A DNA stretch of 64,000 nt from Felis catus (taxonomy: Eukaryota): the NCBI RefSeq assembly GCF_018350175.1, contig NC_058368.1, forward strand, positions 36,582,001 through 36,646,000. The letters are read 5' to 3'. A model generated the notes under the pieces. It saw only the letters and a list, made by a program, of their open reading frames with translations. It did no database searches and had not been told where the DNA came from. Both the position numbers and the translations under genes were made by a program. Positions 63,637-64,000 of the stretch are shown piece by piece (the stretch's first letter is position 1; every line of letters begins with the position of its first letter).

Positions 63637-64000
63637 TGATACCCTCAGGCTGGGTCTAAGGATCAAGAGGGGGTCCCATAAGGCCAGCCAAGAGGGCCCT
63701 TGGCTTTGCACAGGATAGAAATTAAATGTAAGCCGGGAGGAAGTGAGAGCAGAGTTTATTGAAGGCATAAAAAGAGAACAGATATAGACAGAGTGTCTGG
63801 GAGACTCAGAAACGAAAGAAGAGAGAGTCTTGTCTTTGCCTGGGGTCTGGACTTTTTACTGAGGATTGTGGATCTGTGTACAAGTCTTCTCAGGCATCCA
63901 GGAACAAAGACAGGTAGTTAAGTGTCCTCCATAAGTTATGTATGCCCGGAGCCGGGGGCCTTGGTGAGTCAGTCGTCTTGGAAACCTGGTAACTCCTTCG
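63637..64000 (-). mobile_element. Further LTR, antisense, truncated by the window end
   Basis: Begins TGATACC and has gagtttattg (antisense AATAAA) near 63756. Confidence 0.6.

Noticed and set aside
57395..64000. Intact provirus with gag/pol/env
   Set aside because: No long ORF, no matched LTR pair and no clear primer-binding site; only solo or fragmentary LTRs.

Overview
Mammalian genomic DNA, AT-rich and repeat-dense. The many CAN-SINE copies of feline (SINEC_Fc-like) type point to a cat-family genome. The + strand carries the 3' part of TDRD3: a large internal exon (6313-7163), the exon with the rest of the Tudor domain (12281-12406), the stop-codon exon encoding the C-terminal EJC-binding motif (42420-42545), and a non-coding last exon (~47810-48075). 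Everything else is intron or intergenic sequence with SINEs, MIR/L2/L1 fragments, DNA-transposon relics and microsatellites, plus a dense and partly nested cluster of ERV LTRs after ~53.7 kb. There is no CRISPR array, rRNA or prokaryotic system. The most interesting signals concern TDRD3 splicing: (1) a candidate in-frame 21-nt microexon inside the Tudor domain; (2) two ~96%-identical inverted young SINEs bracketing the 126-nt stop exon, whose +1 frame has no stop even when circularised; (3) a MIR-derived candidate exon that would shift into that +1 frame. There is also a 52-bp locally templated insertion. All of these are sequence-based predictions that need RNA or comparative data. Repeat family names were assigned by eye from remembered consensus sequences, not by a database search.
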